This document shows positions 17,711 through 26,634 of a DNA stretch of 64,000 nt, in pieces. The notes under the pieces were generated by a model, which ran no database searches, had not been told where the DNA came from, and was given only the letters and a program-made list of their open reading frames with translations. The DNA lies in contig JAZDNV010000001.1 of assembly GCA_043799385.1 (NCBI GenBank), forward strand, positions 96,361 to 160,360. The letters run 5' to 3'. Within the stretch, counting starts at the first letter, position 1, and each line of letters starts with the position of its first letter. The position numbers and the translations under genes were made by a program. Source of the DNA: Candidatus Aenigmatarchaeota archaeon (GTDB lineage: Archaea; Aenigmatarchaeota; Aenigmatarchaeia; GW2011-AR5).

Positions 17711-18502
17711 TTAAATGCTTTGAATTTCTCTGCCTATTATGTCATGCGCATTGACGGAAAAGAACGAGCCGTTGTTTCTCAAAACCAGCAAATTCCCTTT
17801 TGCTGCCACAACACGGCCAGAAATGCTTATACCATCGCAGACCGAGATGTTTTCCGGGTCAGACAAAACATTTTGCAGTCGATAGAACCGTCTCATGTCG
17901 TAAATCTCAGGTTTTATGAGGTCAAATTTTTTTTCCTTCAGGCTAACCAGTGCCTTTGTTATATTTTCGGTAGCTACGTTCGGGTTGCCAAATAATGTTT
18001 TGTGTTTTTCGCTGCCAAGTATCCTATCAGCGATTGTCAGGTTATTCTTTATCTTTTGCTCTACGCTCCTCGCTTCTCTACCATCACGGATGAACGCTAT
18101 CTTTGCACCGAAATCCGCGCCCTGTTCGACCAGACGCTCTAATATCCTGTGTTCATAGGATATACCAACCTTCAGCAACGAGTCAAAAGCCGCCAGATAG
18201 ATATAGTAATTGTTTTTTTCGCACTCGCTACGTTTTTTTGGGTTTATGCACTCGCCACTGCATCTTATGCACTGGAAGAAGTCGTCATTCACTCGGCAGT
18301 CATCGCAATTCCACCCATGCCTTATCTCCCTGTTGTCCGGGCACGGATGATGCTTGCCATCTTTAAAAAAACCAACGCAGAATTTTTTTCCAAGATTGAT
18401 TGAGACATTTTCGTCGAATAATCGCATCCTACCAAAGTCCTTGCCGTCCTTTAAATTAAAGAAAGGTTCCCAGTTTACCCATTTGTAGCCGGTTATTTGC
18501 AT
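17711..18502 (-). CDS. hypothetical protein with Cys cluster (putative zinc-binding)
   Basis: 263 aa; CPDNREIRHGWNCDDC...CIRCSGEC cluster; no family recognised. Confidence 0.4.
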   Translation of the reverse strand: MQITGYKWVNWEPFFNLKDGKDFGRMRLFDENVSINLGKKFCVGFFKDGKHHPCPDNREIRHGWNCDDCRVNDDFFQCIRCSGECINPKKRSECEKNNYYIYLAAFDSLLKVGISYEHRILERLVEQGADFGAKIAFIRDGREARSVEQKIKNNLTIADRILGSEKHKTLFGNPNVATENITKALVSLKEKKFDLIKPEIYDMRRFYRLQNVLSDPENISVCDGISISGRVVAAKGNLLVLRNNGSFFSVNAHDIIGREIQSI

Positions 18503-19092
18503 ATTCGGTCAAAAGCCATCGTCACGTTTGCTAAAGTTTTTTCATCCATCAAGTCGTTTTTTAGCATTGAAAAAAGGTTTTTTGTCATCATCTCGAATTC
18601 CTTTCTGTACCTGAATTTATATAAGGTTTCCCTGAAAAAATCAGAGGAATAGTTATCAATTCCGTGAAAGCTCAACCAAGGAAGACTCATACCAATGAAA
18701 TCATTGAGTTTTTCTATTCCCTTCCCGTGTTCTGAAAAGATTATGTAGTAATAATAGAACAGCTCGTCTGAGAATTTTTTTGCAATCTTACGGTTCACGA
18801 TTATATCTTCAATGAATTCAGGAACATCCATGAATTTTTTCAAGTTTGCTTTGAGCAGCATTCTCAGAATAATTATTTTTATCGCCTTTTCGTCACAGCT
18901 CTGCACGAACGGGTCTTTATAATCTATCGTGATGGCGGCGTCAAAATCCAAGATTTCTATTTTATTCGTATCTCCCACGGAAAAAACAAGATTTTCATAC
19001 GGGACATCGATGAATTGTATGATTCTGTCAAATAGTTTGAATACGGTTCTTGTCCTGTCATCGGTCTTTTCGTATTTTTTTACAACGTGCAT
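18493..19092 (-). CDS. hypothetical protein (199 aa)
   Basis: ORF overlapping start of previous gene (operon); no recognised motif. Confidence 0.35.
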   Translation of the reverse strand: MHVVKKYEKTDDRTRTVFKLFDRIIQFIDVPYENLVFSVGDTNKIEILDFDAAITIDYKDPFVQSCDEKAIKIIILRMLLKANLKKFMDVPEFIEDIIVNRKIAKKFSDELFYYYYIIFSEHGKGIEKLNDFIGMSLPWLSFHGIDNYSSDFFRETLYKFRYRKEFEMMTKNLFSMLKNDLMDEKTLANVTMAFDRICK

Positions 19093-19114
19093 ATTCTATA
19101 TTAATTACCATAAT

Positions 19115-19960
19115 TTAAATTACACCTTTCCACTCCTTTATCGCTTTTTCATAGCGTTCGATATTGCCTATATCGAACCATTGGCCGCTGAACGGGTAAC
19201 CAAAAAGCTTATTCCTCTTGGCGATCTTCGGAAAAACGTCTTTTTCCAGAGACGAGAAGCCGTCCGGGATCATTTTTATGACATCCGGCTCAAGTATGTA
19301 AAATCCCGCGTTGATGAGGTTTGATTCGATTTTCTTCGGTTTTTCCATGAATTCCAGTATGTTAGTTCCGTCTAATTTCACGACGCCGTAATTTCCAGGC
19401 TCTTCAACCGTTGTCAGCGCAAGCGTCGCTAAAGCATCATTATTTTTATGTAGGCGGAACATCTCTTCAATGTTTATATTCTTTAATTCATCGCCATTCG
19501 AAACTATAAACGGTCCATTCAGGTGGTTTTTCGCAAGCTTTATCGGCCCGGCCGTGCCCAATGGTTCGTCTTCTTCAACGTAAGTTATTTTAACGCCGAA
19601 CTTCAAGCCATCGCCGAAATGGTTCCTTATCTTTTCTTTCATGTGGCCTACAGAAAGAATAATGTCGGTTATGCCATACTTCTTCAGCAGGTCGAAGAGA
19701 TGCTCAAGCATGGCCTTACCCTTTATCGGCATCAACGCCTTTGGTATTTCATATGTTATCGGCCTCAACCTTGTTCCTTTACCACCGCAGAGTATTAGCG
19801 CCTTTCTCGGGCAGTTGTCGCCAAAAGCCCGCAATAGAAGCAGCTCAAGCGCATGACTCCTGTTCTTTATTGTGTGGCCATCGACAATTCTGTCGATCTT
19901 CTCAACAAATTCCTTGTCAACCGTTACGCTTATCCGCTCTTTCATAAAATTATCATACAT
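19115..19960 (-). CDS. sugar-1-phosphate nucleotidyltransferase with N-terminal ribbon-helix-helix-like domain
   Basis: N-terminal about 45 aa (RISVTVDKEFVEKIDRIVDGHTIKNRSHALELLLLRAF) with CopG/RHH-like beta-alpha-alpha pattern. Followed by nucleotidyltransferase G-loop ALILCGGKGTRLRPIT and RmlA/ManC-like body. Confidence 0.65.
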   Translation of the reverse strand: MYDNFMKERISVTVDKEFVEKIDRIVDGHTIKNRSHALELLLLRAFGDNCPRKALILCGGKGTRLRPITYEIPKALMPIKGKAMLEHLFDLLKKYGITDIILSVGHMKEKIRNHFGDGLKFGVKITYVEEDEPLGTAGPIKLAKNHLNGPFIVSNGDELKNINIEEMFRLHKNNDALATLALTTVEEPGNYGVVKLDGTNILEFMEKPKKIESNLINAGFYILEPDVIKMIPDGFSSLEKDVFPKIAKRNKLFGYPFSGQWFDIGNIERYEKAIKEWKGVI

Positions 19961-19970
19961 CGTAATACTT

Positions 19971-20795
19971 TTAAATACTCCCCCACTCTTTTATCGCCTT
20001 TTCGTAGCCTTCATTGCTTCCGACGTCGAATATCTTTCCGTCGTGAACGAATCCGGACAACTGGTTTTCTCGTGCCAGCTTCGGGAATAACGTTTCTTCT
20101 ATCAAACCTTTACCGTTGTGGACAAGATTTAAAACATCAGGTTCAAGTATATAGAAGCCCGCGTTTATCAGGCTTGGTCCACTGGTCCTCGGATTTTCTA
20201 TGAATTTTGTTATATGATTGCCCTTCATCGCAGCAACGCCACCCCTAGGATTTTCCGTGAGAACAAGCAGAATCGTAGCAAGCGTTGATTGTTTTTTATG
20301 AAAATTTAGTATTTCGTAAATATCGGGATTCATCAGCGTATCAACGTTCATTGCAATGAAAGTGTCTTTTATATAATCCCTCGCCAGGTAAAGCGGATAG
20401 GCGGTGCCCATTGGTTTTTCCTCAGTGAGATAAGTTATGTTAACGCCAAATTTGCTACCATTACCGAAGTACTCCTTCACCTTTTCGTGCATGCTTCCCA
20501 CTGATAGGAGAATATTCCTTATATCATACCTTCTGAGCATGCTTATCTGGTATTCAAGTATCGGCCGACCGTGAATAGTTATCATCGGCTTCGGTATCTC
20601 ATAGGTCATAGGTCTTAGCCTTGCACCCGTTCCACCGGCAAGAATAAGTGCAGTGTTGATATCGGTTTTGCTCATCGCCCTCAACAAAAGGCTTTCGACT
20701 GCATGGCTCCTGCTCTTTATGTTCCTCTTGTCTATCATCCTGTCTAGCTTCTTCAGTATATCGTTCTTTATCGTTATCGTCACTCTTTCGACCAT
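19971..20795 (-). CDS. sugar-1-phosphate nucleotidyltransferase paralog with N-terminal ribbon-helix-helix-like domain
   Basis: Paralog of the downstream gene: VTITIKNDILKKLDRMIDKRNIKSRSHAVESLLLRAM then ALILAGGTGARLRPMT G-loop; only 10 nt separate the two genes. Confidence 0.65.
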   Translation of the reverse strand: MVERVTITIKNDILKKLDRMIDKRNIKSRSHAVESLLLRAMSKTDINTALILAGGTGARLRPMTYEIPKPMITIHGRPILEYQISMLRRYDIRNILLSVGSMHEKVKEYFGNGSKFGVNITYLTEEKPMGTAYPLYLARDYIKDTFIAMNVDTLMNPDIYEILNFHKKQSTLATILLVLTENPRGGVAAMKGNHITKFIENPRTSGPSLINAGFYILEPDVLNLVHNGKGLIEETLFPKLARENQLSGFVHDGKIFDVGSNEGYEKAIKEWGSI

Positions 20796-20823
20796 TCATA
20801 CACCAAACACACTTTATTATACA

Positions 20824-20885
20824 AAAGTATGAACGAAAAATATTTAAAAAGTATGAATAAGTATGAACATTAATATAAATAGGGT
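20824..20885. promoter_or_regulatory. divergent promoter region with three AAGTATGAA(C/T) direct repeats and TATA box for the heptose operon
   Basis: Repeats at 20825, 20849, 20859 (spacing 24 and 10 nt); TTAATATAAATA about 25 nt upstream of hddA ATG (20895); lies between the divergently transcribed RHH-NTase genes and the heptose/PPP operon. Confidence 0.4.
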
Positions 20886-20894
20886 GTATCAAAA

Positions 20895-21968
20895 ATGATA
20901 ATAAGAAGCCGGGCACCGGTGAGGATATCTTTCGGAGGCGGCGGGACAGACGTGCCGCCGTACTGCGATGAGCATGGCGGCTGCGTTCTATCAGCAACTA
21001 TAAACAAATACTCCTATGCGTCGCTGGAATCCAGGAACGACCAGGAAATCCACATAGAATCAGGCGATTTCCTGAAAAAACTGAGGTTCGGAAGCATAGA
21101 CGAGATGGCATACGACAATGAGTTGGATTTATTGAAGGCTGCGATAAAAAACCTAAACACCACACGAATGGGATTGAACATATTTCTGAGGAGCAGCATC
21201 CCGCCGAAGTCCGGCCTAGGCGGCTCTGCATCATGCTTCGTTGCGCTAATCGGGTTGTTCAACCATATAAGGGCTGATAAGATGACAAATTACGAAATAG
21301 CGGAATTAGCGCACAGGCTGGAGCGCGAGGAATTAAAGATAGCAGGCGGCAAGCAGGACCAGTATGCTGCTGTGTTCGGAGGGATAAACTTTATTGAATT
21401 CGGTGGCAATTGGGTCAGGGTTAATCCTATAACAATGAAGAAGGACCACCTGCTGGAACTGGAGAAGCATCTGGTTCTTGTTTATGTCGGCGACCGGCCA
21501 AAAGAGGACGTTACCAGAGAATACATAACAGGAAAAACGAAGACAGATGACATAATCGGAGACCAGGTCAAATCGGTTCTAGAAAAGAAAGAATCGGTTA
21601 TAGAGGCGCTTGACAGGACCAAAGAAATTGCGTTGGATATGAGGCGTGCGTTCATGATAGGAGATTTGATTGGCTTTGGTGAATTATTGCACAAGGCCTG
21701 GGAGGAGAAGAAGAAGTTTTCAAACATGATATCGAATAGATACATAGATGATCTGTATGCGTTGGCTAGAAAACACGGTGCAATAGGCGGGAAGATTACC
21801 GGTGCAGGTGGCGGCGGTTTCATGTTGTTCTTCTGCGAGCCGAACAAGGAGCAGATCGTTGCAGAGCAGCTTGAAAAGGCCGGCGCAAGGCCGACAAGTT
21901 TCGCGTTTGATTTTGATGGCTTGCAGACATGGGAAGTGGGTTATCTCACCGGTAGGGTGTACAGATGA
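20895..21968 (+). CDS. hddA: GHMP sugar kinase, probable D-glycero-alpha-D-manno-heptose 7-phosphate kinase
   Basis: GHMP motif PPKSGLGGSASCFVAL; N-terminus APVRISFGGGGTD typical of HddA/HldE-kinase-like GHMP kinases; directly upstream of gmhA/gmhB/hddC. Confidence 0.65.
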   Translation: MIIRSRAPVRISFGGGGTDVPPYCDEHGGCVLSATINKYSYASLESRNDQEIHIESGDFLKKLRFGSIDEMAYDNELDLLKAAIKNLNTTRMGLNIFLRSSIPPKSGLGGSASCFVALIGLFNHIRADKMTNYEIAELAHRLEREELKIAGGKQDQYAAVFGGINFIEFGGNWVRVNPITMKKDHLLELEKHLVLVYVGDRPKEDVTREYITGKTKTDDIIGDQVKSVLEKKESVIEALDRTKEIALDMRRAFMIGDLIGFGELLHKAWEEKKKFSNMISNRYIDDLYALARKHGAIGGKITGAGGGGFMLFFCEPNKEQIVAEQLEKAGARPTSFAFDFDGLQTWEVGYLTGRVYR

Positions 21969-22001
21969 GATGAATGGCGATACAATTCAAAACAGCGGTG
22001 T

Positions 22002-22595
22002 TTGAAAATGAAAGACAAAATAAAAGAAGCAATCGATGAGCACAGCAAATTAATAGATGAGATTGTAAGCGATTCTGAACTAATGAAAAAGATAGAAATC
22101 ATAACAAAAAGAATAATTGAATCTTACAAGATGGGCGGCAAGCTCGTTATTTTCGGCAACGGCGGCTCAGCAAGCGACGCGCAGCATATCGTCGCGGAGT
22201 TGATAAACAAGTTCAAGCTGGACAGACCGATGCTCAACGCACTGGCGCTGAACGTCAATACGTCTGTCATAACCGCTATTGCAAACGACTCTTCATACGA
22301 TGATGTTTTTTCAAAACAGATAGAATATCTGGTTGATTATAAGGACGTTGTTATCGGTATAAGCACCAGCGGAAAGTCAAGGAGCGTAATAAAGGCAATG
22401 CAGACGGCGAGAAATAAGGGCGCGCTTACAGTCGGCTTTACAGGAAGGACAGGCGGACCAATGAAGGATTATGTTGACATATTATTGAACATGCCATCCG
22501 ATTCCACGCCGAGAATACAGGAGGCGCACATACTGGCTGGGCACATAATCTGTGAGCTGATAGAGCAGGAATTATTCGGTAAGAAATATGAATAG
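22002..22595 (+). CDS. gmhA: sedoheptulose-7-phosphate isomerase (SIS domain)
   Basis: GKLVIFGNGGSASDAQHIVAEL phosphosugar-binding SIS signature, 197 aa. Confidence 0.8.
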   Translation: MKMKDKIKEAIDEHSKLIDEIVSDSELMKKIEIITKRIIESYKMGGKLVIFGNGGSASDAQHIVAELINKFKLDRPMLNALALNVNTSVITAIANDSSYDDVFSKQIEYLVDYKDVVIGISTSGKSRSVIKAMQTARNKGALTVGFTGRTGGPMKDYVDILLNMPSDSTPRIQEAHILAGHIICELIEQELFGKKYE

Positions 22596-23163
22596 AGCTG
22601 TATTCCTAGACAGGGACGGCGTAATTATCCGTCAGATGGAGGTAGTTTGCAAGCCAGAGCAGCTAAAAATACTGAAGGATTCAGGCAAGGCCATAAAGTT
22701 ACTGAACAATCTTGGGTTTCGTGTTGTGGTTGTCACGAATCAGCCGCAGGTTGCCAAGAACCAATGCACGGAAAGAGATGTCAGAAAAGTCAACGAATCG
22801 CTAAGGGCGAAGCTAATGAAGAGCGGTGCAAAGGTGGATGCTATATATTTCTGCCCTCATCATCCCGAAAGGCAGCATAGAGACATAATAGAAAAATGCA
22901 GAAAGTATAGGATAGCGTGTGAGTGCAGGAAACCCGATATCGGGATGCTTTTAAAGGCAAAGAAGAAATTTAACATTGATATACATTCATCTTTTATTGT
23001 TGGCGACCGCACAGTCGATGTACAGACAGGAAAGAATGCTGGTTGCAAGACAATATTAGTGAAAACAGGCTATGCCGGCAGCGACAAGAAATATGATGCG
23101 AAACCGGATTTCATATGCAGAGATTTGTATCGTGCAGCAAAGCTTATTGAGGGATTCGTATGA
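22588..23163 (+). CDS. gmhB: D,D-heptose 1,7-bisphosphate phosphatase (HAD-IIIA)
   Basis: HAD motif I FLDRDGVI, motif VVVTNQ, GDR motif (IVGDRTVD), Cys pattern CxHxxxxxC typical of GmhB zinc site; 191 aa. Confidence 0.75.
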   Translation: MNRAVFLDRDGVIIRQMEVVCKPEQLKILKDSGKAIKLLNNLGFRVVVVTNQPQVAKNQCTERDVRKVNESLRAKLMKSGAKVDAIYFCPHHPERQHRDIIEKCRKYRIACECRKPDIGMLLKAKKKFNIDIHSSFIVGDRTVDVQTGKNAGCKTILVKTGYAGSDKKYDAKPDFICRDLYRAAKLIEGFV

Positions 23164-24644
23164 AGGCAGTTATCATGGCCGGCGGGGTTGGAGAACGTCT
23201 GAGGCCGTTAACAGACGAAATGCCGAAGCCTATGCTGAAAATTGCAGGAAAACCCATACTTCAACACCAGATAGAGCTGCTGAAACGTTATGGAATAGAT
23301 GAAATAGTCATATGTGGTTCGCATCTTTTTGAAAAGATTAAGGAGTACTTTGGCGACGGCTCAGCTTTCGATGTAAGGATAGAATACTTGAGGGATGAAC
23401 AACTGGGAACAGGCGGCGCGCTGAAGAATGCCGAGAAATTTTTAGACGAAACATTTATTCTTCTCTATGGCGATACGATGATGAGGATGAATCTAAAACG
23501 ATTGATAGATTTCCACAAAAAAAGCAACGCAACGGTAACAATAACGCTGCATGAAACTGACCATCCGCATGACAGCGATTTGGTAAAAATAGATGAAAAT
23601 GGCATGGTCGTCCGCATATTCAACAAGCCGAATACGGGTATGCCTTCAAGACTAGGTAAATCATCGGTCTTTATCGTCGAACCTTCTGTGCTCAGTGATA
23701 TACCTGAAACAAGAAACGATTTTGAAAAGGATGTAATATCAAAATTAGTACCGTCAGGAAAGGTTTACGGATACTGCACAAGTGAATTCATAAAAGACAT
23801 CGGAACAACCGATAGGTACAAAAAGGTCAATGAGATATTCAGTAAGGAAAAAGAATTGAAAGTTATTGCTAAGGAGATAAGAAAACACATAATTAAAATG
23901 ACAACTTGTGCCAAATCTGGTCATCCGGGCGGCTCGCTATCAGCAGCTGATATAATAACGGCATTATATTTCTATAAAATGAGATATCGTCCGGATGAGC
24001 CCAACTGGAACGAGCGCGATAGATTCATTCTATCAAAAGGACACGCATGCCCAGTTCTGTATGCGGCTCTTGCAATTGCCGGATTTTTTCTGGCTGATGA
24101 ATTGATGACATCAAGAAAAATTAATTCAAGGATACAGGGTCACCCGTCAATGATTCTTCCGGGAATAGATGCATGTTCGGGTTCTCTCGGCCAGGGATTA
24201 TCTGTTGCGAACGGCATCGCTTTATCAGCTAGGATTGATAAAAAAGACTACAACGTGTATATTTTACTTGGCGACGGTGAGTTGCAGGAAGGCCAGATAT
24301 GGGAGGCTGCGATGACATCGTCCCAATACAAAATTAATAACCTTACCGCTATAGTTGATCGTAATGGATTACAGATTGATGGCAATACTGAAGACGTAAA
24401 GGGGTTGAATCCGTTGGCAGAAAAGTGGAGATCATTTGGTTGGCACGTTATTGAGATAGACGGTCATGACTTTCCACAGCTGTTGTACGCATTGGATATG
24501 AAGAGCGATAGACCAAAGGTAATAATTGCAAACACAATTAAGGGCAAGGGTGTCTGCTCAATGGAAAATAATATAGAATTCCATGGAAAGGTTTTGTGTG
24601 ATGAAGAATGCCAAAGAGCGATGAAAGAATTAGAATCGCAATAG
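23160..24644 (+). CDS. fusion protein: N-terminal heptose-1-phosphate nucleotidyltransferase (HddC-like) + C-terminal transketolase N-terminal (TPP-binding) half
   Basis: Residues about 1-230: G-loop IMAGGVGERLRPLT, NTP-transferase body. Residues about 240-494: transketolase motifs SGHPGGSLSAADIITALYF and GSLGQGLSVANG...LLGDGELQEGQIWEA. Single uninterrupted 494-aa ORF. Confidence 0.75.
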   Translation: MKAVIMAGGVGERLRPLTDEMPKPMLKIAGKPILQHQIELLKRYGIDEIVICGSHLFEKIKEYFGDGSAFDVRIEYLRDEQLGTGGALKNAEKFLDETFILLYGDTMMRMNLKRLIDFHKKSNATVTITLHETDHPHDSDLVKIDENGMVVRIFNKPNTGMPSRLGKSSVFIVEPSVLSDIPETRNDFEKDVISKLVPSGKVYGYCTSEFIKDIGTTDRYKKVNEIFSKEKELKVIAKEIRKHIIKMTTCAKSGHPGGSLSAADIITALYFYKMRYRPDEPNWNERDRFILSKGHACPVLYAALAIAGFFLADELMTSRKINSRIQGHPSMILPGIDACSGSLGQGLSVANGIALSARIDKKDYNVYILLGDGELQEGQIWEAAMTSSQYKINNLTAIVDRNGLQIDGNTEDVKGLNPLAEKWRSFGWHVIEIDGHDFPQLLYALDMKSDRPKVIIANTIKGKGVCSMENNIEFHGKVLCDEECQRAMKELESQ

Positions 24645-25069
24645 GATGCGACCATAGGGGATACGACTTGAAGGAGTCGTTAAAGGGTTATCTAGCTGGT
24701 AATGGCCATGAGGTAAAGGATTTCGGTACACACAGCAAAGATAGCGTTGATTACCCAGTTTTTGCAAAAGAGGTTGCAATGGCCATTGCAACCGGTGAAT
24801 ACAATCGCGGCATTCTCATATGCGGCAGCGGCATAGGCATGCAAATAGCTGCCGACAAGATAAAGAAGATACGGGCTGCGAACTGCCGTGATGAAGATGA
24901 TGCGTACAGGAGCAGGGCGCACAATGATGCGAACGTGCTGACACTAGGCGCAGATAAAATTACTGGTGATTTGGCAAAGAGGATTGTTGATAAGTGGCTG
25001 ACAACTGATTTCGAGGCAGGAAGGCACCAGAGAAGAGTAGACATGATAGAGGAGATGGAAAATGGTTAA
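24608..25069 (+). CDS. rpiB: ribose-5-phosphate isomerase B
   Basis: IAIGCDHRGYDLKESL, ILICGSGIGM motifs of RpiB/LacAB; 153 aa. Confidence 0.8.
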   Translation: MPKSDERIRIAIGCDHRGYDLKESLKGYLAGNGHEVKDFGTHSKDSVDYPVFAKEVAMAIATGEYNRGILICGSGIGMQIAADKIKKIRAANCRDEDDAYRSRAHNDANVLTLGADKITGDLAKRIVDKWLTTDFEAGRHQRRVDMIEEMENG

Positions 25070-25718
25070 GGTTGGAGCATCGTTGTTGGCAAAACAAGAG
25101 GAGATGGAAAAAGAATCATTAGCCAAGAAAATAACCAAACTGGAAAAGGCAGGAATAGATATGATACACTGGGACGTCATGGACGGTGTGTATAACCCTA
25201 TTAATACCATGGCTTTCCAGGGTCCTGATGTGATAAAGGAACTGAGGAAAATAACAGGGTTGCCGTTTGTCGCCCACTTGATGATAGCCAACCCGATAGA
25301 AAAAATACAGGCGTTCCATGAAGCAGGATGCGATATTATCGTTTTTCATTACGAAGCGTGCAAGAAAGACGATGTAAGCAAGACGATAGACGAGATAAGG
25401 TCATACAAAAGAATACCAGGCATTGCCATAGAGCCTGATACTCCAGTTGGGGTAATCTATCCGTATCTTGATCTATTAGATTACGTGCTCATAATGACCG
25501 TAAAAACGGGTTATGCTGGTCAGAAATTTATTGATGAGACCAATAAGATACGCAATCTTGCGTTAAAAAAAGGCAGTTTCGAGATAGATGTAGACGGTGG
25601 AATTAACGACATTACAGGGAAATTATGCATAGGGGCAGGCGCAACTGCCCTGTCAGCTGCCAGCTACATATCAGGCAGCGATGATTACAGCGTTGCAATA
25701 AAAAAATTGCGTGGTTAA
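25062..25718 (+). CDS. rpe: ribulose-phosphate 3-epimerase
   Basis: Rpe signature around HWDVMDG, TIM-barrel length 218 aa, DVDGGIN metal/phosphate-binding region. Confidence 0.8.
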   Translation: MVKVGASLLAKQEEMEKESLAKKITKLEKAGIDMIHWDVMDGVYNPINTMAFQGPDVIKELRKITGLPFVAHLMIANPIEKIQAFHEAGCDIIVFHYEACKKDDVSKTIDEIRSYKRIPGIAIEPDTPVGVIYPYLDLLDYVLIMTVKTGYAGQKFIDETNKIRNLALKKGSFEIDVDGGINDITGKLCIGAGATALSAASYISGSDDYSVAIKKLRG

Positions 25719-26634
25719 AATGAAATCAACACGTGATGCGTTCGGTGAGGCACTTGCAGAATTTGGCAGCGATGAGCGAATAGTCGTTCTTGACGCTGAC
25801 CTATCCAAATCAACTAAGACATGCATGTTTGCAGAAAAATTCCCAGACAGATTTTTTAACGTCGGTGTAGCTGAGCAGGATCTATTCGGAACTGCAGCAG
25901 GATTTGCTCTAACAGGAAAAATACCGTTTGCAAGCACTTTCGCCATCTTTGTTTGCAGGGCATGGGAGCAGATTAGAAACGCAATTGCATATCCAAACCT
26001 TAACGTGAGAATTGCTGCAACACATAGCGGCATAAGCTGCGGTGAGGACGGGGTTTCACATCATGCTACAGAGGATATTGCATTGATGCGTGCAATACCG
26101 AACATGGCAGTAATCGTTCCAGCGGATGCAATAGAAACAAAAAAAGCAATAAAGGCAACGCTAGATTGGCGTGGCCCTGTCTACATAAGGATGAACAGGC
26201 CGAAGAGCCCGTTAATATTCAATGATGATTATGACTATGAAATCGGCAACGCCAGCGTAATCAAAGACGGCAGCGATGTTTCAATAATAGCATGTGGCAT
26301 CATGGTCAGCGAGGCGGTGAAGGCATCAGAGATACTCAATAAAAACGGCATATCAGCAGAGGTTGTAAACATGCACACGATAAAACCGCTTGACGCAGAA
26401 ACAATTTTAAAGACAGGAAAAAAGACAGGGAGAATAGTTACGTGCGAAGACCACGGTATCATTGGCGGCCTTGGCTCTGCGGTCGCAGAAGTCATCGCAG
26501 GAAGCAATATCAAACTGGAGAGAATCGGCGTTAAAGGCTTTTGCGAATCCGGGAGCCACGAAGAACTTTTTATGAAATACGGATTGAATGCAGAAAGTAT
26601 TGCAAACGCTATTAAAAATCAGGTGATTAAATGA
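25711..26634 (+). CDS. transketolase C-terminal half (pyrimidine-binding and C-terminal domains)
   Basis: Split archaeal-type transketolase subunit B: FNVGVAEQDLFGTAAGFALTGKIPF, IRMNRP motifs; 307 aa. Confidence 0.8.
   Translation: MVKMKSTRDAFGEALAEFGSDERIVVLDADLSKSTKTCMFAEKFPDRFFNVGVAEQDLFGTAAGFALTGKIPFASTFAIFVCRAWEQIRNAIAYPNLNVRIAATHSGISCGEDGVSHHATEDIALMRAIPNMAVIVPADAIETKKAIKATLDWRGPVYIRMNRPKSPLIFNDDYDYEIGNASVIKDGSDVSIIACGIMVSEAVKASEILNKNGISAEVVNMHTIKPLDAETILKTGKKTGRIVTCEDHGIIGGLGSAVAEVIAGSNIKLERIGVKGFCESGSHEELFMKYGLNAESIANAIKNQVIK

Noticed and set aside
19115-20795. Possibility that the RHH-like N-termini make these genes antitoxin/toxin-like (CopG-nucleotidyltransferase TA pairs)
   Set aside because: The C-terminal domains are full-size sugar-1-phosphate nucleotidyltransferases (G-loop GGxGxRLxPxT, about 230 aa). 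They are not minimal MNT/Pol-beta toxins; they fit biosynthetic enzymes.
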